The notes: generated by a model not told the origin, from the letters alone. 64,000 nt of DNA from Proteromonas lacertae (GCA_002245135.1 NGBS01000006.1:1-64000); one strand, 5' to 3'; numbered from the stretch's first letter, positions 11,920 to 23,523 are shown. Numbers and translations: made by a program.

Positions 11920-14102
11920 CTAATTCTTAGCTGGTGGTAATAATCTAGCCTTTATTTGTAAATAATCTTTTTTAATCTTCTCATTATTTGGATCTATCAC
12001 TCTTGCCTTCTCATAATCACTACAAGCTCCCTTCAAATTTCCTAATTTCGTTAATATTATTCCTCTTCTAACATACAATACTAATTTCCATTTATCAACA
12101 TTCTCTTTACCCAATGGTTTACTAAAATCAACTTCTGCAGGTACTTTCTCCATTAATTCAAAACATTTGTTACAGTCACTCAAAGATGCATTTAAATTGC
12201 TCTTTTGGAAGTAGCAATTGGATCTATTCACTAATGCAGGCATATAATTGGGTATTACATTCAGTATTCCACTAAACTCTTCAATTGCTTCATCAATTTT
12301 TCCATTTTTCAAATCTTCTTGTGCTTTTTTTAACATTTCATCACATTTTCTTATTTCTACGAGATGAGCCATTTCATCTTGAATAGAAGTAGTATCTACA
12401 GGTGAGTGATCGCAAATCCAAGTATAATTCGTTAAACTACTATCATATTCTTTCAAAAATGCATAACATTGTGCCTTACGATGATATAATTCTATTAATG
12501 CTGATAAATGAGCAGGATCTATGGAATTATATGAATTATTATACTCTTTTCATCATATTTCTTGATTAATGTATCACAATCATCAACACACATTTTATAT
12601 GACTCACATAACATTAGACAAATACTCCTATTTGCTATAGCAGTAAAATATGAATTAACAAAACTAAATAGTTATACAAGTATAAATTATAAAAAAAGAT
12701 ATCCCATAAATTCTGGATCAATATCAATAGCAGCAGAATAAGCATTCACTGCTCCTTTATAATCACCTTTTTGATAGAATTCATCGCCCTTTCCTTTCAG
12801 CCATATTGGATCTCTTTCACTCACATCTCTATATTATAATAAATATAACAATTCAGTAAAATAGATAAAATATAGAGTAGGAAAAAAGAATAAAAAATAC
12901 GACAGCTGCAGGATTCGAACCTGCGCGCGGAGACCACAATTGATTTCTAGTCAATCTCCTTAACCACTCGGACAAGCTGTCACTCAAATCAAATTCAGAA
13001 TTACATTAGATAAATACTTTGTGTTTCCATTTTCTCTTAATTGCTTTTTTCTCAAGAACATGGCATTCTTTGCTATCCAATTATCTTCTTCTACCTTGGT
13101 TGATTCTCTCATTGGTGTAGGGAAGATTCTTTCTGTGAAATTCAAAATCACTTTTACTGGTTGTCGTTTATATGTTAAGATGATAATTATAATACAATTT
13201 TAAGTAAAAAGATATTTGGTGGTGGAACATAAACCAAATCATTCATATCTTCAGATTTACTTGGTTTTTGTGTCTTATCATGTTTAGATACTGTTACTGG
13301 TTCATTAATCTCTTCTATTTTCAACTAATATAAAAATATAAACCAAACATTATACTTTATGAGTTTGATTTTCATTATCCTCTTCTTCATCCTTATTTTC
13401 ACTCTCATTCTCATCACTATCTGATTCTTCTGCTTCACTATCAACTTCTTTAATTGTGGGTTGAATTCCTCTATGTTCAGTACTAAGATTCTTCAATGCT
13501 TGATATACTTCTTTCTAATTAAAATATAAAATAAAAATCGATTTTAAATACTTCAGCTTCTCTCTTTTCTTCTTCTTTTAAATCATCTAATTTCTGTCTT
13601 TCTTTCTCTTCTAAACTCATTTGTTCCCTTAATGCAAAACGATTTGCTTCTGATTTGTATTTTGATTTTTCTTCGTATAATTTCTTCTCTTTTTCTTCTT
13701 TGAGTTTTATTGATTCATTTCTTCTGGCTCTTTTGTCTTGTTTTGGAAGATCTGTGATTATATTTCCCCAAATTCCTTTTTCTTTCTATTGATTACTATG
13801 AATATGTTATATACTTTAATCAATTCCATTGTTAACATCCCATCTTTGAATAAAGCTTTAGAATTATCATCATCTATCGAATCTTTCAAGTCAAGTTCTA
13901 TTAAATATGGCGAATAGTTTATTCTGATTAGTACTGGTGTAACTATAGAATTGAATTAAATATTAATCAATACCATATAAAGAAACTGAACGAGGATTAG
14001 TTCCTTTCAATGGTATTTCTAAATGTAAAATATCCTCTGTCTCTGTCCAAGTGTAAGTTCCCTATTCATGATATATTCCCTAAATAATACGTTAATTGGC
14101 AT
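11920..14102 (-). CDS. DNAAF4: Dynein axonemal assembly factor 4 (DYX1C1/PF23): N-terminal CS/p23 domain, C-terminal TPRs
   Basis: The spliced translation begins MPINGTYTWTETEDILHLEIPLKG..INYSPYLIELDL..IDDDNSKA (CS domain). It contains PPPRQPVKVILNFTERIFPTPMRES..EEDNWI and ERDPIWLKGKGDEFY, motifs I recognise from DYX1C1, followed by TPRs. Confidence 0.85.
12643..12702 (-). other. U12-type AT-AC intron (60 nt) in DNAAF4
   Basis: 5' ATATCTTT, branch-like TTTTGTTAAT, 3' TTTTAC. It contains an in-frame TAA; removal gives DPEFMG/AIANRSIC inside a TPR. Confidence 0.85.
12900..12981 (-). tRNA. tRNA-Ser(AGA), located inside a DNAAF4 intron
   Basis: GACAGCT acceptor stem, D-arm GTCCGAGTGGTTAAGGAG, anticodon arm ATTGA-CT-AGA-AA-TCAAT, long variable arm, T-arm GCAGG-TTCGAAT-CCTGC, followed by a T-run terminator. 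Confidence 0.97.
13166..13215 (-). other. U12-type AT-AC intron (50 nt) in DNAAF4
   Basis: 5' ATATCTTT, branch TCATCTTAAC 8 nt before the end of the 3' AAAC. Removal restores the frame and the sequence VPPPR/QPVKVILNFT. Confidence 0.9.
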
Positions 14103-14184
14103 TTTAAATAAAAAACTGGTTTAGGTTGTTTCAAAATTCTCACTCACCCAACTTTACATTTTTGATTTTTCTTCTTTCTTTATA

Positions 14185-14670
14185 ATGTCAACAGTTGGAG
14201 CAGTATGAATTTTCATAATAATTTAAATCTTATAGCTTCGTTTACCACCTGAAGTTAATAGAATATTATATGTGAAGTATATCTTTGTAGAATTTATATT
14301 TATAGGAATTTACCTTTTAAAATCACTTCGGAAGAAATGTATGATATTTTTGGAAAATATGGACCAATACGACAAATAAGATTGTATAGTTACATATTTA
14401 TTGCTTATTCTTATAATAGAGGTAATACAAAAGATACAAGAGGCACAGCTTATGTGATTTATCATGATATCTATGATGCTAAGAATGCAGTTGATCATTT
14501 ATCAGGCTTTAATGTTGGAGGTAGATATCTAATTGTTTTATACTATCAACACTCTGTGTATGGATAATTTTATATTTATATAATCTTATAGAATGAGAAG
14601 AAGTGCAGATCCAGAGAAATTACAGCAAGAAGTGGCAGAATTGAAAGCAAAGTATGGTATAGCAAAATAG
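14185..14670 (+). CDS. SF3B6: Splicing factor 3B subunit 6 (p14 branch-point protein, RRM)
   Basis: Four short GT-AG introns join [83 protein letters not shown]...LKAKYGIAK*. Confidence 0.95.
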
Positions 14671-14777
14671 AAATAGTAGTTCAAGTAATAAATTTTACTA
14701 TTTATTTATAATAATATGTTTTTTGATTGATTAAAGAAAAAATATCACATAAATGAAAAATGTATGTTTATGATAAT

Positions 14778-15666
14778 TTATATGAAATGATTGTCCTTCA
14801 ATATAGCCATTATTTCATCTGCACTATTCAAAACCTTAGCTGATCTTTTCAAATTCGGAATATTCAACATATTTACTTTATATTTGATTTTATCATAATC
14901 ATTATCAATCTTTGACTTTATATCACTCAATTTTACATATTCAATCTTCTTATTTTTTGGTTTTCTAAACATATCAGGAGTTTGAGGTTCATTCAATGAT
15001 AAATCACATGACATTATAAATGGTAATTTCATTTCAACTGTTTGAATATCGTAACCAGTATCTCTCTCCACTAAAAATGAATCATTTTTCTCATTTTTGA
15101 TTGGTTGAATTTTAGATATATTATTTATACATTCTATTCCACTTAATGCTGATAGAATTGAACAAGTTATTCCTGAATCATTATCTGTTGATAATTTACC
15201 TAAAAGTATTAAATCTGGTTTTTCTTGTTGAATATAATAGTTTAAAATTGGTGCTACTTGTGTACTTGTTAGATGTGTATCTATTAATTCATTTGTTGTT
15301 GTAACATGAATGAATCTATCTACTCCAAAAGCAAATGCTTTTCTATCTAATCTATATTTTGTTACTTTTGGACCTATTGTTACTACAATAATCTATAATA
15401 ATGAATTATATAATAATAATATTTCTATATTCATACTTCATCAGCTAATTTTTGATTCTTCAAATCAACTGCTAGTTGTAATGCTCTTTCATCAAAATCA
15501 TTCATTTTGAAGTGTGTTCCAAGTGTATCAGTACCTAAAAGAATAAAACAGAGCAACATACTCAATTTGTCAGGTTTCAATCTTATAACTTCAGAATCAA
15601 TGACTAAATAGTATATGTAATTGATATACCTCTTTTAGCAGCAACTAAAACCTTTCGTTTAGACAT
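14778..15666 (-). CDS. ETFB: Electron transfer flavoprotein beta subunit
   Basis: Three introns; MSKRKVLVAAKRVID..MNDFDERALQLAV..IIVVTIGP..PDLILLGKLSTDNDSG..VERDTGYDIQTVEMKLP..DLSLNEP. Confidence 0.9.
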
Positions 15667-15770
15667 TAAATAGAAAAAGAATAAAATAAAAGCTTGAAGG
15701 CTTGAAATTTAAATTGATTATTTAAACACATTATAGACTGATTAAAGTAATAATACAATATTAAAACAAA

Positions 15771-16030
15771 ATGTCCAAAACATATTTGCCTATGACGAAA
15801 ATATCAGCAATAGTTAAAGAAGAAACAGATTGTAACTACAAAATAGAGAGTAGTTATATGAATTATGTATATATTTATGAATAATCATGTAGATGCAAAT
15901 GTTGTGTAGTGATTATATAAGAATTGTAATAGATGAAGCACAAAGAATTGCAGATAAAGAAGGTAAAACTACATTAAAACCAGAACATATTAAAATAGCA
16001 AAACATAATTTAAAATTAGATGATTTATAA
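15771..16030 (+). CDS. Small histone-fold protein (NC2beta/Dr1- or NF-YB-like), 77 aa, absent from the ORF track
   Basis: MSKTYLPMTKISAIVKE..., a 26-nt GT-AG intron at 15867-15892, then MQMLCSDYIRIVIDEAQRIADKEGKTTLKPEHIKIA...* (histone-fold signature). Confidence 0.8.
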
Positions 16031-16136
16031 ACATATTTTTTTCTATAAAACAGAAAACACATAAAACAAGAAACAACAATTATTTTAATAATTACAATTT
16101 TAATTACAGTCTAAAATCTATTAATATTTCACATTA

Positions 16137-16494
16137 TTAAATTAATACACCATCTAAATCCGTATTATTATTATTACCATTAACATTATCAGTTGAATCA
16201 TCTAAAAATGGTAAATCGCATATTACATGATGAACATTATTATTATTTCCTATCAATTCGTCATCATCATTCATAAAATCATTATGTTCTAGACTTAGAT
16301 CAGGTAAATCATTTGTATTGTGAAATATAATTGGCTGTTCAATAGGAAGCATTTGTTGGTTTTGAAATAATATTTGTTGTTCTTGTTGCTGTTGTATTTG
16401 AACATTTGAAGCAGCTGGTGGAAATGGTATTGGATAGGATGATGATGATGATGAGTATATATTATTATTATTATTGAAACTATTCATTTGAATC

Positions 16495-16528
<34 letters not shown>

Positions 16529-17834
16529 GATAATTCATATTTACATCATTACTACCACTGTTTTCATTATTATTAAACAATAGTTGTTGTTCTAATCTCT
16601 TTTGTAATAATATTGATGGAGAAATAGGTTTTTGTTCATTATTCAATATCATACTACTGCTACTACTCCTACTTCTGGAACTATAATGTATAATATCTTC
16701 ATTTTCATCATCATGTCCTGGTGGAGTCAATATTACTAATCTTGGTGGAGGTTCTAAAGGTAGTTCATTGTTATTATTATTAGAATTATTATTTCCAAGT
16801 AAAGATGATGATGATGTATTTGATGCTGTATTTGATGCTGTATGAAAAAATGGTGAAGATTGTAAATTAGGTAATTGATTATTATTATTATTAAAAATAT
16901 TACCGTTATTTGTATTATGATTGTATTGATTCTCTTGAATATTATTGGATGATGAATTATTATTATTATTAATTTCTCTAATTCTATTATTATTATTGTT
17001 TTTATGATATAATCTTAATTTTCTAAATGCTTTCTTCAATTTTGCCTTATTCACCATCTGTTCTTCTTCACTAATTCCTTCCTCTGTATATTCATTATTC
17101 TCTTCATTCACATCTTTGATATGTTTTACTTGTTTTCCAGTGGAAACTACCCACATCGTTACACTAAACATTAATATTGAATTTAGGCCTTCTATAGTCT
17201 TACCATAATAATCAAATCGATGACTTGCTTCTGCAAATTCTGAGTCGAGTTGAGCTTGTGTGAATGGTTGGAATGTATCTGTAAATTCAAATCCATTTTT
17301 CTTTCTCACACTATCTAAGAAATCTAATGGTGGTGCAGCTAATGGTGTTAAACAGTAACAATCCAATGTTGGGTCAAATAGTGATTTACAACTACTGCTA
17401 CGAGATATTGATAATGATTCAAGTTGAGAGTCTTGGCTAAGTGCCATTCTCTCTAATTCTATTCGTAATTGTTCAACTTGATCTCTTAAATGTTTATTTT
17501 CTGTTTGGATTGAATCAAGTGATGTTGACAGTTGTCTATTTTGCTCTTTTAAAGTATTATTTTCATTTTCTAATAATTCTATGTAATTCTGTTTTTTCTG
17601 CCTGGATCTAGCAGCTGCTAATCTGTTTGAGAGTTTTCTTTTTTCTTCTTTCGATAAAACCTTTCCATCGTTTTCAGAATCAGAACTATAATCTTCTTGA
17701 ACTTCCTATAAACAATATTATATAGACGATTTCAAATACAGTGTCATTTATCTTCCTGATTTTTATTCTTTTTTTCTATGAGATTATAAAAATACCTATA
17801 CTGTTTTGGTTGAATTATTAGCTGTGCTACTCAT
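16137..17834 (-). CDS. bZIP transcription factor with Asn/Gln/Ser-rich C-terminal region
   Basis: ATG 17834 and two short introns lead to the basic region KEEKRKLSNRLAAARSRQKKQNYIELLE and leucine heptads, in frame with the 436-aa ORF. Confidence 0.85.
16494..16529 (-). repeat. (CAA)n microsatellite encoding 12 Gln in the bZIP protein
   Basis: Trinucleotide tract read directly from the sequence. Confidence 0.9.
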
Positions 17835-17909
17835 CGTAACTGATATTTAGATAATGGGGGTTTCAAAAAAATCTGACTTGATCTGCTCAAATCTGCAAAT
17901 TTTCATTTC

Positions 17910-19484
17910 ATGTTTTCTCGATTGTTATCACACAAATCTGCTTGTCTTAATCATCTGTATAATTATTCATATAATAGTTTTGTATTTTTGTAGATCAAAA
18001 TCTGTTAGAGGATTTGGAACAGCAAAATCACTCCCTTCTTATATTCTACAAACACCAGAAATCAAATTAACAACACTTCCAAACCAAATTAGAGTAGTTA
18101 CACAATATATTCCAACATCCTCCTTTACAGCAGGAATTTGGTTAGATGCAGGAAGTAGATATGAAACAAAAGAAAATAATGGAAGTGCTCACTTTCTAGA
18201 ACATTTATTATTCAAAGGAACAAATCGAAGAAGTATAAGAGATTTAGAAAAGAGTGTAGAAGATCATGGTTGTCGTTTAAATGCTTATACCTCTCGTGAA
18301 ATGACAGCTTATTTTATCCAATCAATCAATAACAATATTGATTTTTCAATAGATATATTGAGTGATATGTTTTTACATTCAAAATTAGAGAATGTGAATA
18401 TTAAAAATGAAAAATCAACCATAATTCGAGAAAGTCAAGATGTTGCTAGTATGAAAGAAGAAAGTGTAATGGATTTATTACATGAAGCAGCTTATGGTGA
18501 AGAAGGATTGGGCTTAACAATCTTGGGAAGTGAAAATAATATTCGAAAAATGAAAAGAAAGAATTTAAGTGATTATATCAATCTTCATTATACTGGAAAT
18601 CGAATGGTAATAGCTTGTTGTGGAGGAATCAAACATGATAATGTATTTATTTATATCTAATGATTTATAGTTTGTAAAAATAGTGGAAAAATATTTAAGT
18701 GAAGTTCCATCTCCACATGACAATATAAAACTACCTCCAATCTCTTATAAATATAAAGGAGGTGAAAAACGATTAAAAGAAGAACATCATGATGGATATG
18801 TAGCATTTGGATATGAGATAGGTGGTTGGAATGATGAAAATTGTTTAGATTTATTTATAATATTGAGATTAATTGGTGAATGGAATAGGAATAATATGAC
18901 TGGATATAACAGTAATAACAAATTAATTAGAAAATTAGCGAATGAAGAGATTGGTAGAAGTATAACTCCATTTTATGCTTGTTATAAAGATACTGGCTTA
19001 TTTGGATTGTATAATATTATATGATGTTTTTTATTATTGTTAAATAGACAAGCTGTAAGTGATAATTATCAACTACCTCAAATGTCCAAATTAATCTTAG
19101 AAATATCATTTTTATATTTTATATATATTTGAATAAATAATAATAATTTCTTTAATATTAATTCAATCATTCACTACAATGAAAGATTCAATAAATGATG
19201 AAGAATTAAATCGAATAAAAGAAACAATTTATAGTAATCGATTATTAGAATTAGATAATACAACTTCTCGATGTGAAGATATGGCTCGTCAATATTTAGT
19301 ATATGGAAGAGTAGTTCCAAGTGCTGAAATGTATATTCGATTATGTGAATTAAGAAAAGAAGATGTAATAAAGACAATGAAAAAATATTTCAATGTTGAT
19401 AAAAGATTGAGTATTGGAGCAGTTGGTGATATAAGTGATTTACCTAGTTTGAAAGAATTAGAGAGTTATAGAATTGAATATTGA
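17910..19484 (+). CDS. PMPCB: Mitochondrial processing peptidase beta subunit (M16B)
   Basis: The spliced N-terminus MFSRLLSHKSACLNHLSKSVRGFGT looks like a targeting peptide. DAGSRYE..GSAHFLEHLLFKGT..LNAYTSRE contains the HxxEH zinc motif; YKDTGLFG is also present. Confidence 0.92.
19103..19166 (+). other. Probable non-canonical U12-type intron (AT-AA) in MPP-beta
   Basis: No usable GT-AG pair. 5' ATATCATT, branch-like TTTCTTTAAT; the frame is restored by ending at TTCAA (LILE/SFTTMKD). Confidence 0.6.
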
Positions 19485-19602
19485 AATTAATATTTTTCAT
19501 TTCTTTTATTTTGTTTTGTTTTTATTAAACACACACACACAATTTCTATATTGAATATAGAATTTCAATAATAAAGAATGAAATGAAGGTAATAATAGAA
19601 TA

Positions 19603-22600
19603 TTACATCATTTCAACTTGGTTTTGACATCCTTCACCACTAAATCCATCAAAACATTCACAAACTCCGGTTGAATAATTACAAATACCTCTTCCACTAC
19701 AATCTCGATATTCATTTCCTACTGTATTTGTTCCTCCTTCTGGATCTTCACTAGATGGACATTCGATTAAACTACAATCATATCCACGATGTCGTTTATC
19801 ACATAAACAGCCATATACTTGATTATCAAATTCAACTGATTCAGATTTATCAGCACTTTCTTTATATTCACCAACATGTTTATTTCCATAACCTTTATAA
19901 TCTTTCAATTCATCATTTGATAATAATTCACTCAAAGCAACACATCGACCATTTCCATTACAATTATTTGGACAATCTAATCTTTGACATCCACTTCCAC
20001 TAAATCCATCATAACATTTACATAATCCAGTTGTTCTATCACATTCTCCTTGTCCACTACATTCTAATGAAACATGAGTTGAACCTTCACTTAACCAACT
20101 CAAAATTACTAACACAGAAGGTGGAGAAGTTTGTAAAGATCTTAATCTTGGTGGTTGTGTTGGCTTAAATACATCTGGCAGAGATAATTGACTTGATAAG
20201 AAGATTTTGAATCTTTCTTTGGCTTTATCATCACTTATTTCTTTTTCAATTCTTATTATTTGAGATGATTGAGCTTTATCAGGAATTCCATTAACTATAA
20301 ATGTAAATGTTATTGTTGTTCCAGGTTGCATCATCTTTTGAGATTCAAATCCAATAAAAGATGGAGGAATTTTAATTGAAGGAGTTGGTTTATCTAAATC
20401 AGCTATATTCATTTTATCAAGAGAATCAATATCTTTTTCAGTTACAATTGCATTTTCATTGTAGGTTGTGGATATACTTCCATCTTCTTTTCGAATTTCT
20501 TCACTTCTACCACTTTCATCTATTACTGTTTTTCCTAAATAATAATCACCTTTACTATCTTTTCGAACTAATTCAAATAATTCACTTCCTTCTATTCCAT
20601 TATTTAATAAATAACAAATATCATCATTTAATGGTTTTGTGGAATTATTAACTGTTATTTTCAAATCATAAATATCACCATTTTGTTTCACATTTGAGAT
20701 TTTTACATTATAAAATAAAAATTTTTCACTTCCTTTAACACATCCCATAGTCTTTACTGTATTATAATCATAACCAATATCTTTGAATATTGTTCCATAT
20801 CCTCTCCATATAACATTTGATCCATCATAATTAGAGGAATCTAATAATAATGGATTATATAAGGAGATATCTCTTCGAAGTGATAATACTTTACAGTTTG
20901 TTATACTATAAATATCTAATAATAATCTTCGATTGTTTAATGGTGAATCAAATAGGAAAAAGCCACTCAATGTTTTATCAGTATTTATCTTTACTCCTTT
21001 TACATCGATTATTTCTACTGATCCTTTATCATTTATATTACATTGTAATGATCCTCCAATATTTGGTAATTGACTAATTTCATTCTCTAAGAAATCACTA
21101 ATTTCATATAATTTAGTATTTGAATCTAAAGTTTTAATTGTTGGAAGTGGTAATGGAGTTGGTGTTTCTTTTATTTCAATATATAATGCTAATAATGGAG
21201 TATAACCAGTTGCATCAAATGGATCAGGTGGATTTGTTATATCAAAAGAATATGTTTTTGGATCACTTCCAGAAGTATCACCTAATTTGATTGTTATTGT
21301 TATTTCTTCAAGTGGTGATGCTGTTTTAATCAATTTCAATTTAAACACTTGATCTTTCTTGAAATAATTTATTAAATCTTTTGGAATTTCTTTTGTAAGT
21401 GTTAGTTTTATCTGTTTTGTATCTCCTAAACTTATTGAACTTTCTTTATTCAATACAATTGCTTTTGTTTTATCAGCTTTCTGTTTTAATTCAATTGCAT
21501 CTGTTAATGGAGCAAAATCACCATAATAATAAGTATTACCATCTTTTACTATTTTATCTTTCATATCACTATTCTCTAATGATACATATGATCCATCATA
21601 TCTCATTAATGGGAAACATTTATAAACACCATCAGCAATATCTGAAGTAACTGAAAATGTAATACCATTATCAGCATTAAAATCAATAGTTACTGGATAT
21701 TCTTTTACTTCGATTATTCCTTTTGCTGTATAACATGCTATTTTATTATCTTTCTTATTTTTAATAAATCCTAAATCTTTCAACATATCTCCATATCCAT
21801 TCCATTTTAATTCTAAATCAGCTAATTGTCTTCTTCCACCATTTGTAACTTCAACTTTTGTTGGATGATATATTGTTAAATCATTTCGAATTGATTTTAC
21901 CGATGAACATTTTAATATACCTGTTGATAAATCAGTAGATGTTTCAACATAACTGTAAATTATTTCATTATTTTTACTATTTCTCACTATTCCTTTCACA
22001 TCAATATCAACTTCAGAAGGATTTCCTTGTAACACTCTTCCACTACCACTACTTTTTGGTGTATAAGTACAATGTAATATTCCACCTTCTTTTTTAAAGG
22101 AATTTAATAAATCATTAGCAAAATAATATGCTTTGTATAATGTAGCTGGTGATTTTTGTTTAACTAGTGAAGTAGTTGGAAGTGGAGTTAATGGATCAAT
22201 TGGATATGTTCTAACATATGGCATAACTACACCACTTATTGCTGTAAATGTATTATCAGCAGTCATTTCTACCTTCTCTTCTTTGAATATTCCATTTACT
22301 AATACTGTTGCATATAAAACTCTTCCTTCATTTAAATATTTTAATTCATCTTTTTCCAATTTATCTGAATTTGGGATAGTTGTAGCATCATTAGCTATTT
22401 CAACTGTCCTAATCACTACATGTCCTAATTCATAAAATGAAGATGTTTCTGTAACAGCTGCATATTTCCCTATTTTGTATATCACTTCTTTTTCATTTAC
22501 TTCTTTTCTTAAATTTTTATATATTTCAGAATCTTCAATATCAACAACTCCATCACCATCCATTAATAATACACATGAATCAGTAGTAGTTGGTGGAGTT

Positions 22601-23523
22601 ACACCTTCTTTAAATGATAAAGAAATATCATTACAATCTTTCGCACATTCAGCATTAATTTCATCAAACATTTCAACAGGTGTTTCAGTAACAGTAGCAG
22701 AAGTAGGAGTTTTAGCAAAACAACCTAATCTCATATTTTTATTAACAAATTTGGATTTATCTTCTTTTTCAACAAGTAATCCAGTATCTTTCAATATTAC
22801 ACCATAATTTCCAATATTTACTGTTGTAGTTGGTGGTGTGACCTGCAATTGTCTGGTTATATTATTGGATAAAATTCTGGTTGTTGTTATAGTGATTGGA
22901 ATTAATTGACTAAAATCATTTCTTATTGAAATTATATCATCACATTCAACTTTCGAATAAGTAGCTTCACCTGTAACATCTACTGGAGTATCTCCAATTT
23001 TAGTAACGGCATCTTTGAATAATACATATGCATATTCTTTAGCAAAACTAATCACAATTAGATAATTTGGTGAAGCAGGAGCAACACCATCTGCATTGTA
23101 ATATTTACAACTCAATATTCCACCTGTCTTTGATAATACATCTTTAAACACTTCTAATCCAGTTACAGTCCATAATTTATTACTATCAATTGCTTTAACC
23201 AATTTAACAGATGCAACTTCACTCATCATTCGAGCAGCACTACTCACAGCAGATAATTCTCGACTACTAGGACTATAAACACTACTTCCTCCAGAACTGG
23301 GCAACTTTGAATGAACGGCTCCAAATGGATTACCCATAAAACATCTTCTCAAACTACAATCTGGACCACTGTAACTTTCACCTCCATCTATTCCAACTGT
23401 TTCAAAACACTCACAAACTGAGTTTTTACATGTACCATGACCACTACATCCATTTGGACATACACTATTCACATAGTATATACCACAAACAAAGATTATC
23501 AATGAAATAAAGATCAATTTCAT
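19603..23523 (-). CDS. Secreted EGF/tenascin-like protein of the stramenopile mastigoneme (Ocm1/Sig-like) type with three internal repeats
   Basis: Intronless 1306-aa ORF with a signal peptide. N-terminal CPNGCSGHGTC..GPDCSLRRC. C-terminal ECSGQGECDRTTGLC..CPNNCNGNGRC..RGYDCSLIECPSSEDP..RDCSGRGICNYSTGVCEC. Confidence 0.85.
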   Translation of the reverse strand: MKLIFISLIIFVCGIYYVNSVCPNGCSGHGTCKNSVCECFETVGIDGGESYSGPDCSLRRCFMGNPFGAVHSKLPSSGGSSVYSPSSRELSAVSSAARMMSEVASVKLVKAIDSNKLWTVTGLEVFKDVLSKTGGILSCKYYNADGVAPASPNYLIVISFAKEYAYVLFKDAVTKIGDTPVDVTGEATYSKVECDDIISIRNDFSQLIPITITTTRILSNNITRQLQVTPPTTTVNIGNYGVILKDTGLLVEKEDKSKFVNKNMRLGCFAKTPTSATVTETPVEMFDEINAECAKDCNDISLSFKEGVTPPTTTDSCVLLMDGDGVVDIEDSEIYKNLRKEVNEKEVIYKIGKYAAVTETSSFYELGHVVIRTVEIANDATTIPNSDKLEKDELKYLNEGRVLYATVLVNGIFKEEKVEMTADNTFTAISGVVMPYVRTYPIDPLTPLPTTSLVKQKSPATLYKAYYFANDLLNSFKKEGGILHCTYTPKSSGSGRVLQGNPSEVDIDVKGIVRNSKNNEIIYSYVETSTDLSTGILKCSSVKSIRNDLTIYHPTKVEVTNGGRRQLADLELKWNGYGDMLKDLGFIKNKKDNKIACYTAKGIIEVKEYPVTIDFNADNGITFSVTSDIADGVYKCFPLMRYDGSYVSLENSDMKDKIVKDGNTYYYGDFAPLTDAIELKQKADKTKAIVLNKESSISLGDTKQIKLTLTKEIPKDLINYFKKDQVFKLKLIKTASPLEEITITIKLGDTSGSDPKTYSFDITNPPDPFDATGYTPLLALYIEIKETPTPLPLPTIKTLDSNTKLYEISDFLENEISQLPNIGGSLQCNINDKGSVEIIDVKGVKINTDKTLSGFFLFDSPLNNRRLLLDIYSITNCKVLSLRRDISLYNPLLLDSSNYDGSNVIWRGYGTIFKDIGYDYNTVKTMGCVKGSEKFLFYNVKISNVKQNGDIYDLKITVNNSTKPLNDDICYLLNNGIEGSELFELVRKDSKGDYYLGKTVIDESGRSEEIRKEDGSISTTYNENAIVTEKDIDSLDKMNIADLDKPTPSIKIPPSFIGFESQKMMQPGTTITFTFIVNGIPDKAQSSQIIRIEKEISDDKAKERFKIFLSSQLSLPDVFKPTQPPRLRSLQTSPPSVLVILSWLSEGSTHVSLECSGQGECDRTTGLCKCYDGFSGSGCQRLDCPNNCNGNGRCVALSELLSNDELKDYKGYGNKHVGEYKESADKSESVEFDNQVYGCLCDKRHRGYDCSLIECPSSEDPEGGTNTVGNEYRDCSGRGICNYSTGVCECFDGFSGEGCQNQVEMM

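Noticed and set aside
17854..17909. ORF-track start of MPP-beta at 17854
   Set aside because: It reads through promoter and intron sequence; ATG 17910 plus one intron gives a presequence-like N-terminus.
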